A stretch of 64,000 nt of DNA from Candidatus Eiseniibacteriota bacterium. Its GTDB lineage: Bacteria > Eisenbacteria > RBG-16-71-46. Shown here in pieces: positions 32,908 through 42,456 of the stretch (position 1 is the first letter of the stretch; every line of letters starts with the position of its first letter). The notes under the pieces are model-generated. The model was not told the origin of the DNA. It saw nothing but the letters and a program-made list of their open reading frames with translations, and did no database searches. A program made the translations under genes and the position numbers. The stretch covers positions 32,001-96,000 of the forward strand of contig CAVQXP010000003.1 of the NCBI GenBank assembly GCA_963717935.1. The letters run 5' to 3'.

Positions 32908-34284
32908 ATGCGGGCGACGCGAGCCATCCCCATCCTGTTCCTCGTCGTCACGGTCCTCTGCGCGGCGCTCGATGCCCCGGACCGCAGGGGAGTCGCGTGG
33001 GGGTTCGTGGGCTTCGCGCTGGCCGGCGCATTGATCCTCGTCCTCTGGCCCCGCGGCAGGCGGGCGCGCGGGGCGGAGGCCCCGCCCACGGCGCTCGACC
33101 TGCTCCGTGCGGGCCTCGTGCTCGGGTTCACCGGCTTCGGCGGAGGGCTCGCGGTGCTCACGCAGGTGGAGCACCGCCTGGTCGGCCGCGAGCGCTGGAT
33201 CACGCCGGAGGTCTTCCTCGAGTCCACGGCCCTCGGGCAGAGCCTCCCCGGGGCGATCTCGACCAACACGCTCGGCTTCGTCGGCTGGCGCCTCGCCCGG
33301 CTGCGCGGCGCGCTCGCGCTCGAGGGCGGCTTCGTGCTGCCCTCGTTCCTCATGATGGTCGCCTTCAGCCTGCTCTACGCACAGCTGCGCCAGTTCGTCG
33401 TGGTCGCGGGGATCTTCCACCTGCTCAACCCGGCCGTGGCGGGGATGGTCGGCGCGATGGCCATGAAGCTGGCCGCCGAGCTCGCGCGCGCGCCCGGGGG
33501 GGCGCCCGCCGGCCTGCGCGGCCTGCTGCGGGACCCCTGGGCGCTGCTTGTCGCGCTGGGGGCCGCGCTCGGGGTCGCCGTGCTGGGGCTCGGCGTTCCC
33601 GAGGTCGTGCTCGCGGCGGGGCTGCTCGGCGTGGTGCGCCACCTGGCGCGGAACTCGGGCGCGCTGGCCGCGCTGCTTCCCTGGTCGCTCGGAGGGCTCG
33701 GCCTGGCGGTCGCCACGCAGGGGCCGGTGCGCCTGGCCGTGCTGGGCGAGATGCACCGCCTGGGCGAGCTGGCGACCGTGTTCCTGCGCGCCGGGGCGCT
33801 CACCTTCGGTGGGGGCTACGTCATCATCCCCGTGCTCGAGGCCGAGTTGGTGCAGGGGCGCCACTGGCTCACCGCGCAGGCGTTCGTGGACGCGATGGCG
33901 CTCGGCCAGGTCACGCCGGGGCCGGTCGTGATCACCGCGACCTTCGTGGGCTACACGCTGGCCGGCCTCGCCGGTGCGCTGGCCTCCACGGTCGCGGTCT
34001 TCCTGCCGGCCTTCGTGCTCGTGGTGCTCGTGAGCCTCTCGCTCGACCGCTTCCGCCGCTCGCCCGGGATCCAGGCGTTCCTGCGCGGTCTGCAGCCGGC
34101 CGTCGTGGGGCTCATGGCGGCGGCGACGGCGACCCTGGTGCGGCATGGCGTCCAGGATGTGCCCGGGGCCGTCGTGGCGGTGGCTGCGTTCCTGCTGCTC
34201 TGGAGGCTGCGCGTCAATCCGATGTGGGTCGTGCTGGGCGCAGGCACGCTCGGCGCCGCCTGGGTGCTGCTGCCGGGCGTCTGA
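32908..34284 (+). CDS. chrA: Chromate transporter (CHR family, long chain)
   Basis: Two CHR repeats: GFGGG..QSLPG and TFGGG..QVTPGP. Confidence 0.88.
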   Translation: MRATRAIPILFLVVTVLCAALDAPDRRGVAWGFVGFALAGALILVLWPRGRRARGAEAPPTALDLLRAGLVLGFTGFGGGLAVLTQVEHRLVGRERWITPEVFLESTALGQSLPGAISTNTLGFVGWRLARLRGALALEGGFVLPSFLMMVAFSLLYAQLRQFVVVAGIFHLLNPAVAGMVGAMAMKLAAELARAPGGAPAGLRGLLRDPWALLVALGAALGVAVLGLGVPEVVLAAGLLGVVRHLARNSGALAALLPWSLGGLGLAVATQGPVRLAVLGEMHRLGELATVFLRAGALTFGGGYVIIPVLEAELVQGRHWLTAQAFVDAMALGQVTPGPVVITATFVGYTLAGLAGALASTVAVFLPAFVLVVLVSLSLDRFRRSPGIQAFLRGLQPAVVGLMAAATATLVRHGVQDVPGAVVAVAAFLLLWRLRVNPMWVVLGAGTLGAAWVLLPGV

Positions 34285-34290
34285 GCCCGG

Positions 34291-35406
34291 CTACGATCCG
34301 GGTTCGGGCGGGCCGGGCGGATCGCCCTGCGGTGGGCCGGGCGATGTTTCGTCCCCCGCATCCCCCGCATCCGCCGGCGACGCCGGTCCCGTCGGCGCCC
34401 CGCCTGCGCCCGTGCGCGTCGCGGCACTGCGCCCGCCGAGCTTCTTCGCCGTGGTCCGGATGCGCTCCTCGAGTTCGGTGATGGACTCCTCGGTCCGGCG
34501 CAGCTTCTCGGCGTTCTCCTGCGACCATCCGTGCACCTGCAGCGCGAAGTCCTCGGAGCGCGCGCTCCTCTCCATGCCCTCGAGCTTGGCCGCCTGCTGG
34601 AGCAGGTGCTCGCGCTGTCCCTTCTTCTGCTCGAGCGTCCCGCGCCAGCGCGCGACGTGGCCCTCCATGCGCGTGCGCCACTCGTCGCGGCTCTTCGAAC
34701 GCTCCTGGCGCTGCTCGGTGATGCGCGCCTGCGCGGCCTGCCAGGCCTCCGAGAGGCGCTTGCGCAGATCCTCGAACTGGCCGCGCCGCAGGTAGGCCTG
34801 GCCGAGCCGGGCCTGCAGCTCCTTCACGCGCCGGATGGCTTCGTAGGGGGCTCCGCTGCGCGCGCACTCGTTCACCTCGGCGACCGGCGCAGCGAGGGCC
34901 TGGTAGTCCTGTTCCTGCTGACGGTCGCGCACGCGCTGCAACGCGTCGCGCGCGTGGCGCCAGTGGTCCCAGCACGCGCGGCGGTCGGGACCAACGAGGA
35001 CCCGGCCGGGAGAGCCCGGCCGCTTGCTCCCCAGCAACGTGCGGACCTCGTTCAGCAGGGCCTCCGCCCTGCGGTAGCCGGCGGTGCCCTGCGTGCCCTG
35101 GGCCAGTCCCTCGGCGTCCCGGAGCTTTCCTTCGATGGTCTCGCGGGCCTCGAGGGACTCGTAGCGGCGCGACTCCCACTCGTCATGCCGGGCCTGGCGC
35201 GCCTCGGGCGCATCGGGCGGGGCGGCCGGCCCGGCGGCCGGCGGCGCGCCCGCCCTGGCCTCTTCGTCCAGCGCCGGGTCGGGCGGCGCGCTCGCGCCGG
35301 TCGTCTCTTCGGCCGGCGCCGGAGCGTCGAACCCCGGAGCGGCCTCGCGGCTCGGTGTGTCGGACACCGAAGACGGGTCCGATGGCAGAGGGCCTGACTC
35401 GTCCAT
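34291..35406 (-). CDS. Hypothetical coiled-coil protein (DUF349-like repeats)
   Basis: Helical charged core with low-complexity ends. Coding-like GC3. Confidence 0.65.
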   Translation of the reverse strand: MDESGPLPSDPSSVSDTPSREAAPGFDAPAPAEETTGASAPPDPALDEEARAGAPPAAGPAAPPDAPEARQARHDEWESRRYESLEARETIEGKLRDAEGLAQGTQGTAGYRRAEALLNEVRTLLGSKRPGSPGRVLVGPDRRACWDHWRHARDALQRVRDRQQEQDYQALAAPVAEVNECARSGAPYEAIRRVKELQARLGQAYLRRGQFEDLRKRLSEAWQAAQARITEQRQERSKSRDEWRTRMEGHVARWRGTLEQKKGQREHLLQQAAKLEGMERSARSEDFALQVHGWSQENAEKLRRTEESITELEERIRTTAKKLGGRSAATRTGAGGAPTGPASPADAGDAGDETSPGPPQGDPPGPPEPGS

Positions 35407-35524
35407 GGCCAGAGTCTAGCGCAGCCGGCGCGCTCGCACCGAGCGCCCCCGGAGGGTGGCAGACCCCCCGAAACGAGAGGCGGCACGGGGTGCCGCCTCG
35501 GTGAAGCCCGCTGGCTGCGTGTGC

Positions 35525-35836
35525 CTACCGGACGGGGGCCGCCGGGTGGAAACCGCGCCGGGTGAACCACCAGATGGCCGCGACCAGCAGTGCGATCGGG
35601 AGCGCGGGAAGGAGCGCCATGAACAGGAGCGGGATCCCCACGAGCGCCGCGACCACGATCCCCCCGATGAGCAGGACGGGCAGGAAGAGCAGTGCGCCGA
35701 GGGCCTTGAACGCGAAGCCCAGCAGCCGGAACGGCAGCAGCACGACCCAGAACACCAGCGCGGCGACGCCGAGAAGCGCACTGACAACGGCGAAGATCAC
35801 GAATGCCGCAAACCCCAGCGCCAGCAACTCGAACAC
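35525..35836 (-). CDS. Small hydrophobic membrane protein
   Basis: GTG after GGAGG. Almost entirely hydrophobic (FELLALGFAAFVIFAVV...). Confidence 0.7.
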   Translation of the reverse strand: MFELLALGFAAFVIFAVVSALLGVAALVFWVVLLPFRLLGFAFKALGALLFLPVLLIGGIVVAALVGIPLLFMALLPALPIALLVAAIWWFTRRGFHPAAPVR

Positions 35837-36097
35837 CTTCCTGCCCTCCGCTTGAGTCCCGGGGATCGGCCCGGCTGCCTCCCGGTCATCCGCCTTCTGC
35901 GGGTCCGGGCCCTGGCAGGCCGGGTGCTCGCCTCCGGGGCGCCCCTTCGTGAACACTACTACGGAGCGGGGCCACGCCGGGTTGCACGTTGCCCTGCCGC
36001 TGCTAAAGTGACTGCATCCCAAGCGGGTACGCTCGCCGGGCCGGGCGGATGCGTCCCGGGCCGCGAGGAGACCGGCACGAAGACCTGGAGGTTGGGG

Positions 36098-36337
36098 ATG
36101 GCAGCCACCCGTATCACCGTGAAGAACGATGGCTCCCTGCGAGTCGAGGGCGACTTCGAGATCGTGGACCCGGAAGGCCGCCTTTTCGGCCTCGCGGGCC
36201 GCCCTCACGTGAGCCTGTGCCGCTGCGGCCAGTCGCTGAAGAAGCCGTTCTGCGACGGGGCGCACAAGGCCTCCGGGTTCCGCTCGCAGGTCGTCGCCAT
36301 CGACCTCGAACCGCCTGCCCCGAAACCCGGATCGTGA
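36098..36337 (+). CDS. CDGSH iron-sulfur domain protein
   Basis: LCRCGQSLKKPFCDGAH. Confidence 0.92.
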   Translation: MAATRITVKNDGSLRVEGDFEIVDPEGRLFGLAGRPHVSLCRCGQSLKKPFCDGAHKASGFRSQVVAIDLEPPAPKPGS

Positions 36338-36350
36338 CACGGAGGCCCCG

Positions 36351-37302
36351 ATGAGACGCCCCGTCCTGCTCCTCGTCCTGGTGTGCCTGGCCATGGCCGC
36401 CGCTCCCGCTGCCCGTGCCCAGCGGACCTTCGACGAGGTCGTGATCACGCCCACGAAGCTGACCGATGGCCTCTGGATGATCACCGGGGCCGGCGGGAAC
36501 CTGCTGGTCTGCGCGGGCCCGGACGGCGTGCTGCTGGTGGACGCCCAGTACGGGCCGCTCGCGGCGAAGATCCTCGCCGTGGTGGACTCGCTCTCCGGCG
36601 GCCGTCCACTGCGCTTCGTCCTCAACACCCACTACCACGGCGACCATGTCGGCGGCGACTCGGCCATGGCCGCGGCGGGCGCGACCATCGTGGCGCACGC
36701 GAACGCGCGGCGGCGGATGAGCGCGGACCGGTTCAACAAGACCCTGGGGGCCACCACGAAGGCGGTGCCGGCCGCGGGGCTGCCCGTGCTGACCTTCGGC
36801 GACTCGCTGACCTTCCACCTGAATGGCCTGGAGATCCGCGTCCTGCACCTGCCGCCCGGCCACACCGACGGGGACGCGGTGGTCTGGATCCCGGGCGCGA
36901 ACGTGCTGCACACGGGCGACCTGTTCTTCAACGGCACCTACCCGGTGATCGACGCCTCGGCCGGTGGCTCCATCGAGGGGATGCTCCGCGTCCTCGACCC
37001 ACTGCTGCCCATCGTGACGTTCACGACGAAGGTCGTTCCCGGGCATGGTCCGCTCGCCGACCGCGCCGCGCTGCTGCGCTTCCGGGGCATGCTCCTGGCG
37101 GTGCGCGACCGCGTGACGGCGCTCGTGAAGGACGGCCGCACCCTCGGGCAGGTGATGGCGGCGAAGCCCCTCGCCGACCTGGACCGGGATCTGGGGCACC
37201 GGCTTCATGACGCCCGAAGCCTTCCTGCAGATCGCCTACCAGGACCTCTCTCGGGAGCCGCCGCCCCCGCTGCCCGACCTCCTCCACGACCACCACCACT
37301 GA
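36351..37302 (+). CDS. Exported MBL-fold metallo-hydrolase; one extra base near 37187
   Basis: Signal peptide, THYHGDH, GHTDGD, HTGD, PGHG. The natural C-terminus WGTGFMTPEAFLQIAYQDL...HDHHH* lies in a shifted frame. Confidence 0.85.
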
Positions 37303-37311
37303 GCGTCGCGC

Positions 37312-37683
37312 ATGCGCGCGTTCCTGCTGCTCCTGCCCGCCGGCGTGAGCGCGCTCCTCCTGGGCGCGCACTTCCTGCGCCGGGACGATCCCGGCCTGGT
37401 GGTCATCAGCCTGGTGCTCTTCGGGCTGCTCTTCGTGCGCCGGCTGTGGGCCGCGCGCCTCGTGCAGCTCGGACTGCTCGCGGGCGCGCTCGAGTGGCTG
37501 CGCACGCTGGCGGCACTGCTCCCCGCACGACGTGCCGCGGGCGAGCCCTGGATGCGCCTGGCCGCGATCCTCGGCGGGGTGGCGCTGCTGGCGCTGCTGG
37601 GCGCGGCGCTCCTCGAGACCCGCAGGCTCAGGGAGCGCTACCGCGGCCCCCGGCCCGCCGGGCGGGTCGGAGGAGCCCGCTGA
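37312..37683 (+). CDS. Hypothetical membrane protein
   Basis: About four TM segments, AHFLR motif. Confidence 0.7.
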   Translation: MRAFLLLLPAGVSALLLGAHFLRRDDPGLVVISLVLFGLLFVRRLWAARLVQLGLLAGALEWLRTLAALLPARRAAGEPWMRLAAILGGVALLALLGAALLETRRLRERYRGPRPAGRVGGAR

Positions 37684-37722
37684 GCCGGTAGCCGCTTCCA
37701 CCCGCCCGGGGCGGCTGGAACC

Positions 37723-38010
37723 TCAGGCGTCGAGGCGGACGGAGCAGCGACCGAAGCGGCCGAAGGCGAAGCTCAGCCGGGCGGGATGCGCGCGAGCCGC
37801 CAGCACGTCCCGATGGACGTAGAGGGCGATCCCGCCGGCGTCCAGGCACTCATGCCCGGCGGGGTCTTCCGGGATCTCGAGCGACCCGACCGGGCCGCGC
37901 TCGACCGTTCATCAGCCGTGCATGATCGCCTGGAGCGAGACATACAGTGCCCCGCCCCGGGCGGCGATGTACTCCCGGAGTTCCTCGGACTCGAAGCGGG
38001 CGTGTCGCAT
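37723..38010 (-). CDS. Candidate CC/Se-motif (HesB-like) selenoprotein with tandem UGA-UGA at codons 33-34
   Basis: MRHARFESEELREYIAARGGALYVSLQAIMHG-TGA-TGA-TVERGPVGSLEIPEDPAGHECLDAGGIALYVHRDVLAARAHPARLSFAFGRFGRCSVRLDA*. The frame stays open with coding-like codons, and a SECIS-like hairpin follows directly. Confidence 0.75.
37877..37904 (-). promoter_or_regulatory. Bacterial SECIS-like hairpin
   Basis: UCGAG-CG-CGGCCC-[GGUC]-GGGUCG-CUCGA. The loop starts 17 nt after the second UGA and 20 nt after the first. Confidence 0.7.
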
Positions 38011-38081
38011 GGCGGTCAGCATACCGGAAACCGCGGGGTGGGGCGATTCCCATCCGGGTCGTGCGCTCCTTCGTCTCCGGT

Positions 38082-38981
38082 CTAGGCCCGGCCCTGACGA
38101 CATGGCTGCGCGCGCCTCACGCTTTCCCACTGGATGGTGGGATGCACGATGCCGAAGCGCTCAGAAAGGTCGTGAGCGATGCGCGAGGTGAGATCGTCGT
38201 CGAAGGTCGCGCGGTCCGTGACGAGGTGTGCCGTGAGCGCGGTCTCGGTGGTGCTCATGGCCCAGATGTGGAAGTCGTGCACGTCGACGACGCCCGGCAC
38301 GGCCTCGAGATAGCCCCGGACCGCCACCGGGTCGATCCGGCCGGGTACGGCGTCCATGGCCAGATCGAGCGACTCCCGCAGGATCCTCCAGGCACCGACC
38401 ACGATGAGCGCGCTCACCAGCAGGCTGACGACAGGGTCGAGCCACGGCCAGCGGGTGAAGACCATGGCCACGCCGGCGAGGACGACTCCGAGGGAGACGG
38501 CTGCATCCGCCACGAGATGCGAGGCGGCGGCGCGCACGTTCAGATCGTCGCGACGGCCACGTCCCAGGAGCCAGGCGCTCAGACCGTTCACGAGGATGCC
38601 GAGCGAGGCCACGGCGATGACCGTGGGCGCGGCGACCGGCCCCGGATGACGAAGCCGCTGCACCGCTTCGAGCGCGACGGCGCCCACCGCGATCAGCAGC
38701 ACGACGGCGTTGGCCAGCGCCGCGAGGATGGTGGAGCGCCGCAGACCATAGGTGCGCCGGGTGCTGGGCGCGCGTCGGGCCAGGAGGATCGCGCCCCAGG
38801 CGAGCAGCAGGCCGAGCACGTCGCCGAGGTTGTGACCGGCGTCCGAGAGCAGTGCGAGGGAGCCGGACCGGAACCCGAACACGACCTCGAAGACGACGAA
38901 GGTGACGTTGAGCCCCACCGCCACGAGGAAGGCGGTGCGGACCCCGTCCGCGGCGGGCGGATGTGGATGGTCATGCGTCAT
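38082..38981 (-). CDS. Cation diffusion facilitator (CzcD/ZitB-like)
   Basis: SLALLSDAGHNLGD, HLVAD, VHDFHIW, HPTIQ. Confidence 0.92.
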   Translation of the reverse strand: MTHDHPHPPAADGVRTAFLVAVGLNVTFVVFEVVFGFRSGSLALLSDAGHNLGDVLGLLLAWGAILLARRAPSTRRTYGLRRSTILAALANAVVLLIAVGAVALEAVQRLRHPGPVAAPTVIAVASLGILVNGLSAWLLGRGRRDDLNVRAAASHLVADAAVSLGVVLAGVAMVFTRWPWLDPVVSLLVSALIVVGAWRILRESLDLAMDAVPGRIDPVAVRGYLEAVPGVVDVHDFHIWAMSTTETALTAHLVTDRATFDDDLTSRIAHDLSERFGIVHPTIQWESVRRAQPCRQGRA

Positions 38982-39014
38982 GTCGTCCTCGCGGCCGGCG
39001 CGCCGCCCGCGGAT

Positions 39015-39260
39015 TCACGCGGTCGCTCCGGACAGGATCTCCTTCAACTGTTCCACCGAGGGCACGCGTCCGGCGAACTTGAGCTCGCCATCGACGACGA
39101 GCCCGGGCGTGGACAGGATGCGATAGCCCAGGATGACGTTGAGGTCGGTGATCTTCTCGAGCTCGCAGTCGAGCCCGAGCTCCTTCACGGCGCGCTCGGT
39201 GTTCCGGTAGAGCCGTTCGCAGTTGGCGCATCCGGGGCCCAGGACCTCGATCCGGGTCAT
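39015..39260 (-). CDS. Small redox-active disulfide protein (thioredoxin_3 / MTH895-like)
   Basis: IEVLGPGCANC...STPGLVVDG. SD AAGGAG. Confidence 0.9.
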   Translation of the reverse strand: MTRIEVLGPGCANCERLYRNTERAVKELGLDCELEKITDLNVILGYRILSTPGLVVDGELKFAGRVPSVEQLKEILSGATA

Positions 39261-39307
39261 CTTCGTCTCCTTTCGGAAGAGCCCTCCGGACGGCGGAGGG
39301 CCCCGCG

Positions 39308-40342
39308 TCACATCAGCCAGTTGAACAGGTAGCCCACCAGGACGATCCCGACCGTGACCACCCCGAGGAACACCGCGATCAGCGCGGGTTTGAGCACCTT
39401 CCGCAGGATGATGGTCTCCGGCAGCGACAGCGCGATCACCGCCATCATGAACGCGAGCACCGTCCCCAGCGCGGCGCCCTTCTCGAGCAGGGCATGCACG
39501 ACCGGGATGATCCCGGCCGCGTTCGAGTACATCGGCACGCCGATGAGCACGGCGAGCGGCACCGACCACCAGGCCCCCCGGCCCATGATGGACGCCATGA
39601 AGTTCTCGGGCACCCACCCGTGGATGCCGGCGCCCACGGCGATGCCGATCAGGACGTAGGGCCAGACCTTGCCCACGATGTCGCGCACCGCCTCGAGCCC
39701 GCGGCCCAGGCGCTCCTCCCACGTCGTCCGGTGTTCGGGCAGCCCGGCCTCGCCCGCGTCCATCTGATAGACCCAGGGCTCGACGTGGCGCTCGAGCCGC
39801 AGGCGACCGATGACCCAGCCCGCGACGATGGCCACGGTCAGGCCGGTCCCGAGGTAGAGGGCCGCCACCTTCCAGCCGAACAGCCCGAACAGCAGGGCGA
39901 GCGCGACCTCGTTCACCATGGGGGCCGAGATCAGGAAGGAGAACGTCACGCCCAGCGGGATGCCCGCGGTCAGGAAGCCGATGAACAGCGGCACCGCCGA
40001 GCACGAGCAGAACGGCGTCACGATGCCGAGGGCGGCGGCCAGCACGTTGCCCACCGACTCGGCCTTGCCCGCGAGGATGGCGCGCGTGCGCTCGGGCGTG
40101 AAGAACGAGCGCACCACGCCGACGCCGAACACGACCAGCGTCAGGAGCAGGAGCACCTTGGGTGTCTCGTAGACGAAGAACTCGACCGCGCTGGCGAGGT
40201 GCGTGCCGGCGTCGAGCCCCAGCAGGTCGCGCGTGAACCACGCGGCCGCCTGCTGGAGCGCGCCGTAGAGCGCGACCCAGAGCAACAGGGCGCCCGCCAG
40301 GGAGAGGAGCAGGCGCGGAAGCCGCGCCGGGGGCCTGCTCAT
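39308..40342 (-). CDS. ArsP-family (DUF318) permease
   Basis: TPFCSCS, SAPMVNE, GVPMYSN, ALSLPE. Confidence 0.88.
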   Translation of the reverse strand: MSRPPARLPRLLLSLAGALLLWVALYGALQQAAAWFTRDLLGLDAGTHLASAVEFFVYETPKVLLLLTLVVFGVGVVRSFFTPERTRAILAGKAESVGNVLAAALGIVTPFCSCSAVPLFIGFLTAGIPLGVTFSFLISAPMVNEVALALLFGLFGWKVAALYLGTGLTVAIVAGWVIGRLRLERHVEPWVYQMDAGEAGLPEHRTTWEERLGRGLEAVRDIVGKVWPYVLIGIAVGAGIHGWVPENFMASIMGRGAWWSVPLAVLIGVPMYSNAAGIIPVVHALLEKGAALGTVLAFMMAVIALSLPETIILRKVLKPALIAVFLGVVTVGIVLVGYLFNWLM

Positions 40343-40349
40343 CGGGGTC

Positions 40350-41417
40350 TCACGCCGCCGGCTCGCGGAACCAGCGCCGCCGCAACCACAGCGCCACGTT
40401 CACCAGGCCGATCAGGGCCGGCACCTCGACCAGCGGCCCGATCACCGCCGCGAAGGCGGCGCCGTGGTGGATGCCGAAGGTCGCGACCGCCACGGCGATG
40501 GCCAGCTCGAAGTTGTTCGAGGCGGCGGTGAACGAGAGCGTCGCCGACTGCGGGTAGCTCGCGCCCACCCGCTTGCTCATGAAGAACGAGACCATGAACA
40601 TGACGACGAAGTAGATGAGCAGCGGGATGGCGATGCGCACCACGTCGAAGGGCAGCTGGACGATCTTCTCGCCCTTGAGCGAGAACATCACGACGATGGT
40701 GAAGAGCAGGGCGATCAGCGTGATCGGGCTGATCTTCGGGATGAACCGGCGCTGGTACCAGTCCCTTCCCTTCGCCCGCAGCAGCGCGAAGCGCGTGATG
40801 ATCCCGGCCAGGAACGGAATGCCGAGGTAGATGAAGACGCTCCGGGCGATCTCGGCCATCGTGATGTTCACGGCCACGCCCTTCAATCCGAGCCAGCCCG
40901 GCGCGAGCGTGATGAAGACGTAGGCGTAGAGCGGGAAGAAGAGCACCTGGAAGACCGAGTTGAAGGCGACCAGGCCCGCGCAGTACTCGCTGTCGCCCCG
41001 GGCCAGGTCGTTCCAGACGATGACCATGGCGATGCAGCGCGCCAGGCCGATCAGGATGAGCCCCACCATGTACTCGGGCTGGTCCCGCAGGAAGAGCACG
41101 GCGAGGCCGAACATGAGGATCGGGCCGACCACCCAGTTCTGCACCAGCGAGAGCGCGAGCACCCGCCCATCGCGGAAGACGCGGCCCATCTCCTCGTAGC
41201 GGACCTTCGCCAGCGGCGGGTACATCATGAGGATGAGCCCGATGGCGATGGGGATGGACGTGGTGCCGGCGTTGAAGCGGTTCAGGAAGGGCACCAGGCC
41301 GGGGAACCGCCAGCCACCGCCGACGCCGACGGCCATGGCGAGGAAGATCCAGAGCGTCAGGTAGCGGTCGAGGAAGGAGAGCCGGCCGGTGACTCCGGCA
41401 GGGGAGGGCTCAGGCAT
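40350..41417 (-). CDS. acr3: Arsenite efflux transporter Acr3
   Basis: [47 protein letters not shown]. Confidence 0.96.
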   Translation of the reverse strand: MPEPSPAGVTGRLSFLDRYLTLWIFLAMAVGVGGGWRFPGLVPFLNRFNAGTTSIPIAIGLILMMYPPLAKVRYEEMGRVFRDGRVLALSLVQNWVVGPILMFGLAVLFLRDQPEYMVGLILIGLARCIAMVIVWNDLARGDSEYCAGLVAFNSVFQVLFFPLYAYVFITLAPGWLGLKGVAVNITMAEIARSVFIYLGIPFLAGIITRFALLRAKGRDWYQRRFIPKISPITLIALLFTIVVMFSLKGEKIVQLPFDVVRIAIPLLIYFVVMFMVSFFMSKRVGASYPQSATLSFTAASNNFELAIAVAVATFGIHHGAAFAAVIGPLVEVPALIGLVNVALWLRRRWFREPAA

Positions 41418-41886
41418 GCGAAGGTCCGCTTCGGCGGGAGGGCGCGCGCGCGGGCGATGCGCGCCGGGCCCGGCGGGCGGGGCGGGGTGCCGCGACCTGC
41501 GCGAGACGCGACGGCGCCCGCCGGGCCGGTGGCAGGGCGCACAGCGCCTCGACCGGGACGGCCTTCACGCTGCGCAACCGGCGGCGGTCCTCGAGGATGC
41601 GGGGCTCCCGGTCGAGCGGCCCGCGCAGCAGGGCCAGCACCGCGCGGGCGTAGGGGTTGCGCTTCTCCGTGGCGAGCGCGTAGTGGCTCCAGCGGCCGTC
41701 GCGCCGGTCGGCCACCAGTCCCGCGACCCGGAGCAGCGCCAGGTGCTTCGAGACCGTGGAGGGAGCGAGCCCGAGCACGGCCTGCACCTGGCAGACGCAC
41801 AGCGGGCCGGCCTCGAGCAGCTTGAGGATGCGCGTGCGGGTCGGGTCGCCGGCGGCCTTGAGCGCCGCCTCGAGCTCAAGCAGCAT
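41410..41886 (-). CDS. arsR: ArsR/SmtB metalloregulator
   Basis: [14 protein letters not shown] (alpha-3 Cys site), STVSKHL, GRWSHY. Confidence 0.9.
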   Translation of the reverse strand: MLLELEAALKAAGDPTRTRILKLLEAGPLCVCQVQAVLGLAPSTVSKHLALLRVAGLVADRRDGRWSHYALATEKRNPYARAVLALLRGPLDREPRILEDRRRLRSVKAVPVEALCALPPARRAPSRLAQVAAPRPARRARRASPARAPSRRSGPSHA

Positions 41887-41897
41887 GGCCGTCCTTC

Positions 41898-41944
41898 CAT
41901 TTCGCCATGTGACGAAATGTAGTATCATGGCGCGTGGCCGTCAA
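41898..41944. promoter_or_regulatory. Putative ArsR operator overlapping divergent promoters
   Basis: Inverted repeat CATTTCG-N8-CGAAATG (41898-41919). Minus-strand TTGACG-17 bp-TACATT. Plus-strand TATCAT at 41923-41928. Confidence 0.7.
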
Positions 41945-42038
41945 GCGGCTCCGGGTTCGCCGGGCCGTCCGTGCCGCCGCGGTGCCCGAGATCGAGAGGC
42001 TGCTCGAGCCCCGAACGCCGAGTCCAAGGAGGATCCCA

Positions 42039-42440
42039 GTGACAGGTCGCACCGGACGCACCGCGCTGCTGCTCGTGAGCCTGGTGCTCATCGCTGCCGT
42101 GCCCGCTCTCGCCCGCAAGGCCCCGAAGCCCGCGCCGCCCGCCGCGCTCCCGCGCCTCCTGGACCTGGGCGCGACGAAGTGCATCCCGTGCAAGCGCATG
42201 GCCCCCATCCTCGAGGCGCTCAAGGTGGATTACGCCGGCGCCGTGGACGTGCAGTTCATCGATGTCTGGCAGAACCCGCAGGCCGGCAGGCCGTACGGCA
42301 TCCGGCTGATCCCCACGCAGATCTTCTTCGACCGGGCGGGCCGCGAGCGGTTCCGGCACGAGGGCTTCTACGCCCGCAAGGAGATCGAGCGGATCTTCAA
42401 GGACAGTCTCGGCGTGGCCCTGCGCCCCGCGGCGAAGTAG
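42039..42440 (+). CDS. Exported thioredoxin-family protein
   Basis: GTG after AAGGAGG, signal peptide, CIPC, IPTQIF. Confidence 0.88.
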   Translation: MTGRTGRTALLLVSLVLIAAVPALARKAPKPAPPAALPRLLDLGATKCIPCKRMAPILEALKVDYAGAVDVQFIDVWQNPQAGRPYGIRLIPTQIFFDRAGRERFRHEGFYARKEIERIFKDSLGVALRPAAK

Positions 42441-42456
42441 CGGGACCGGGGGACGC

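Noticed and set aside
38981..39017. The thioredoxin TGA is in frame with the downstream CDF start, suggesting read-through or Sec
   Set aside because: The thioredoxin is already complete, the TGA is not at a Cys position, no convincing SECIS follows, and the CDF has its own SD (GAGGA).
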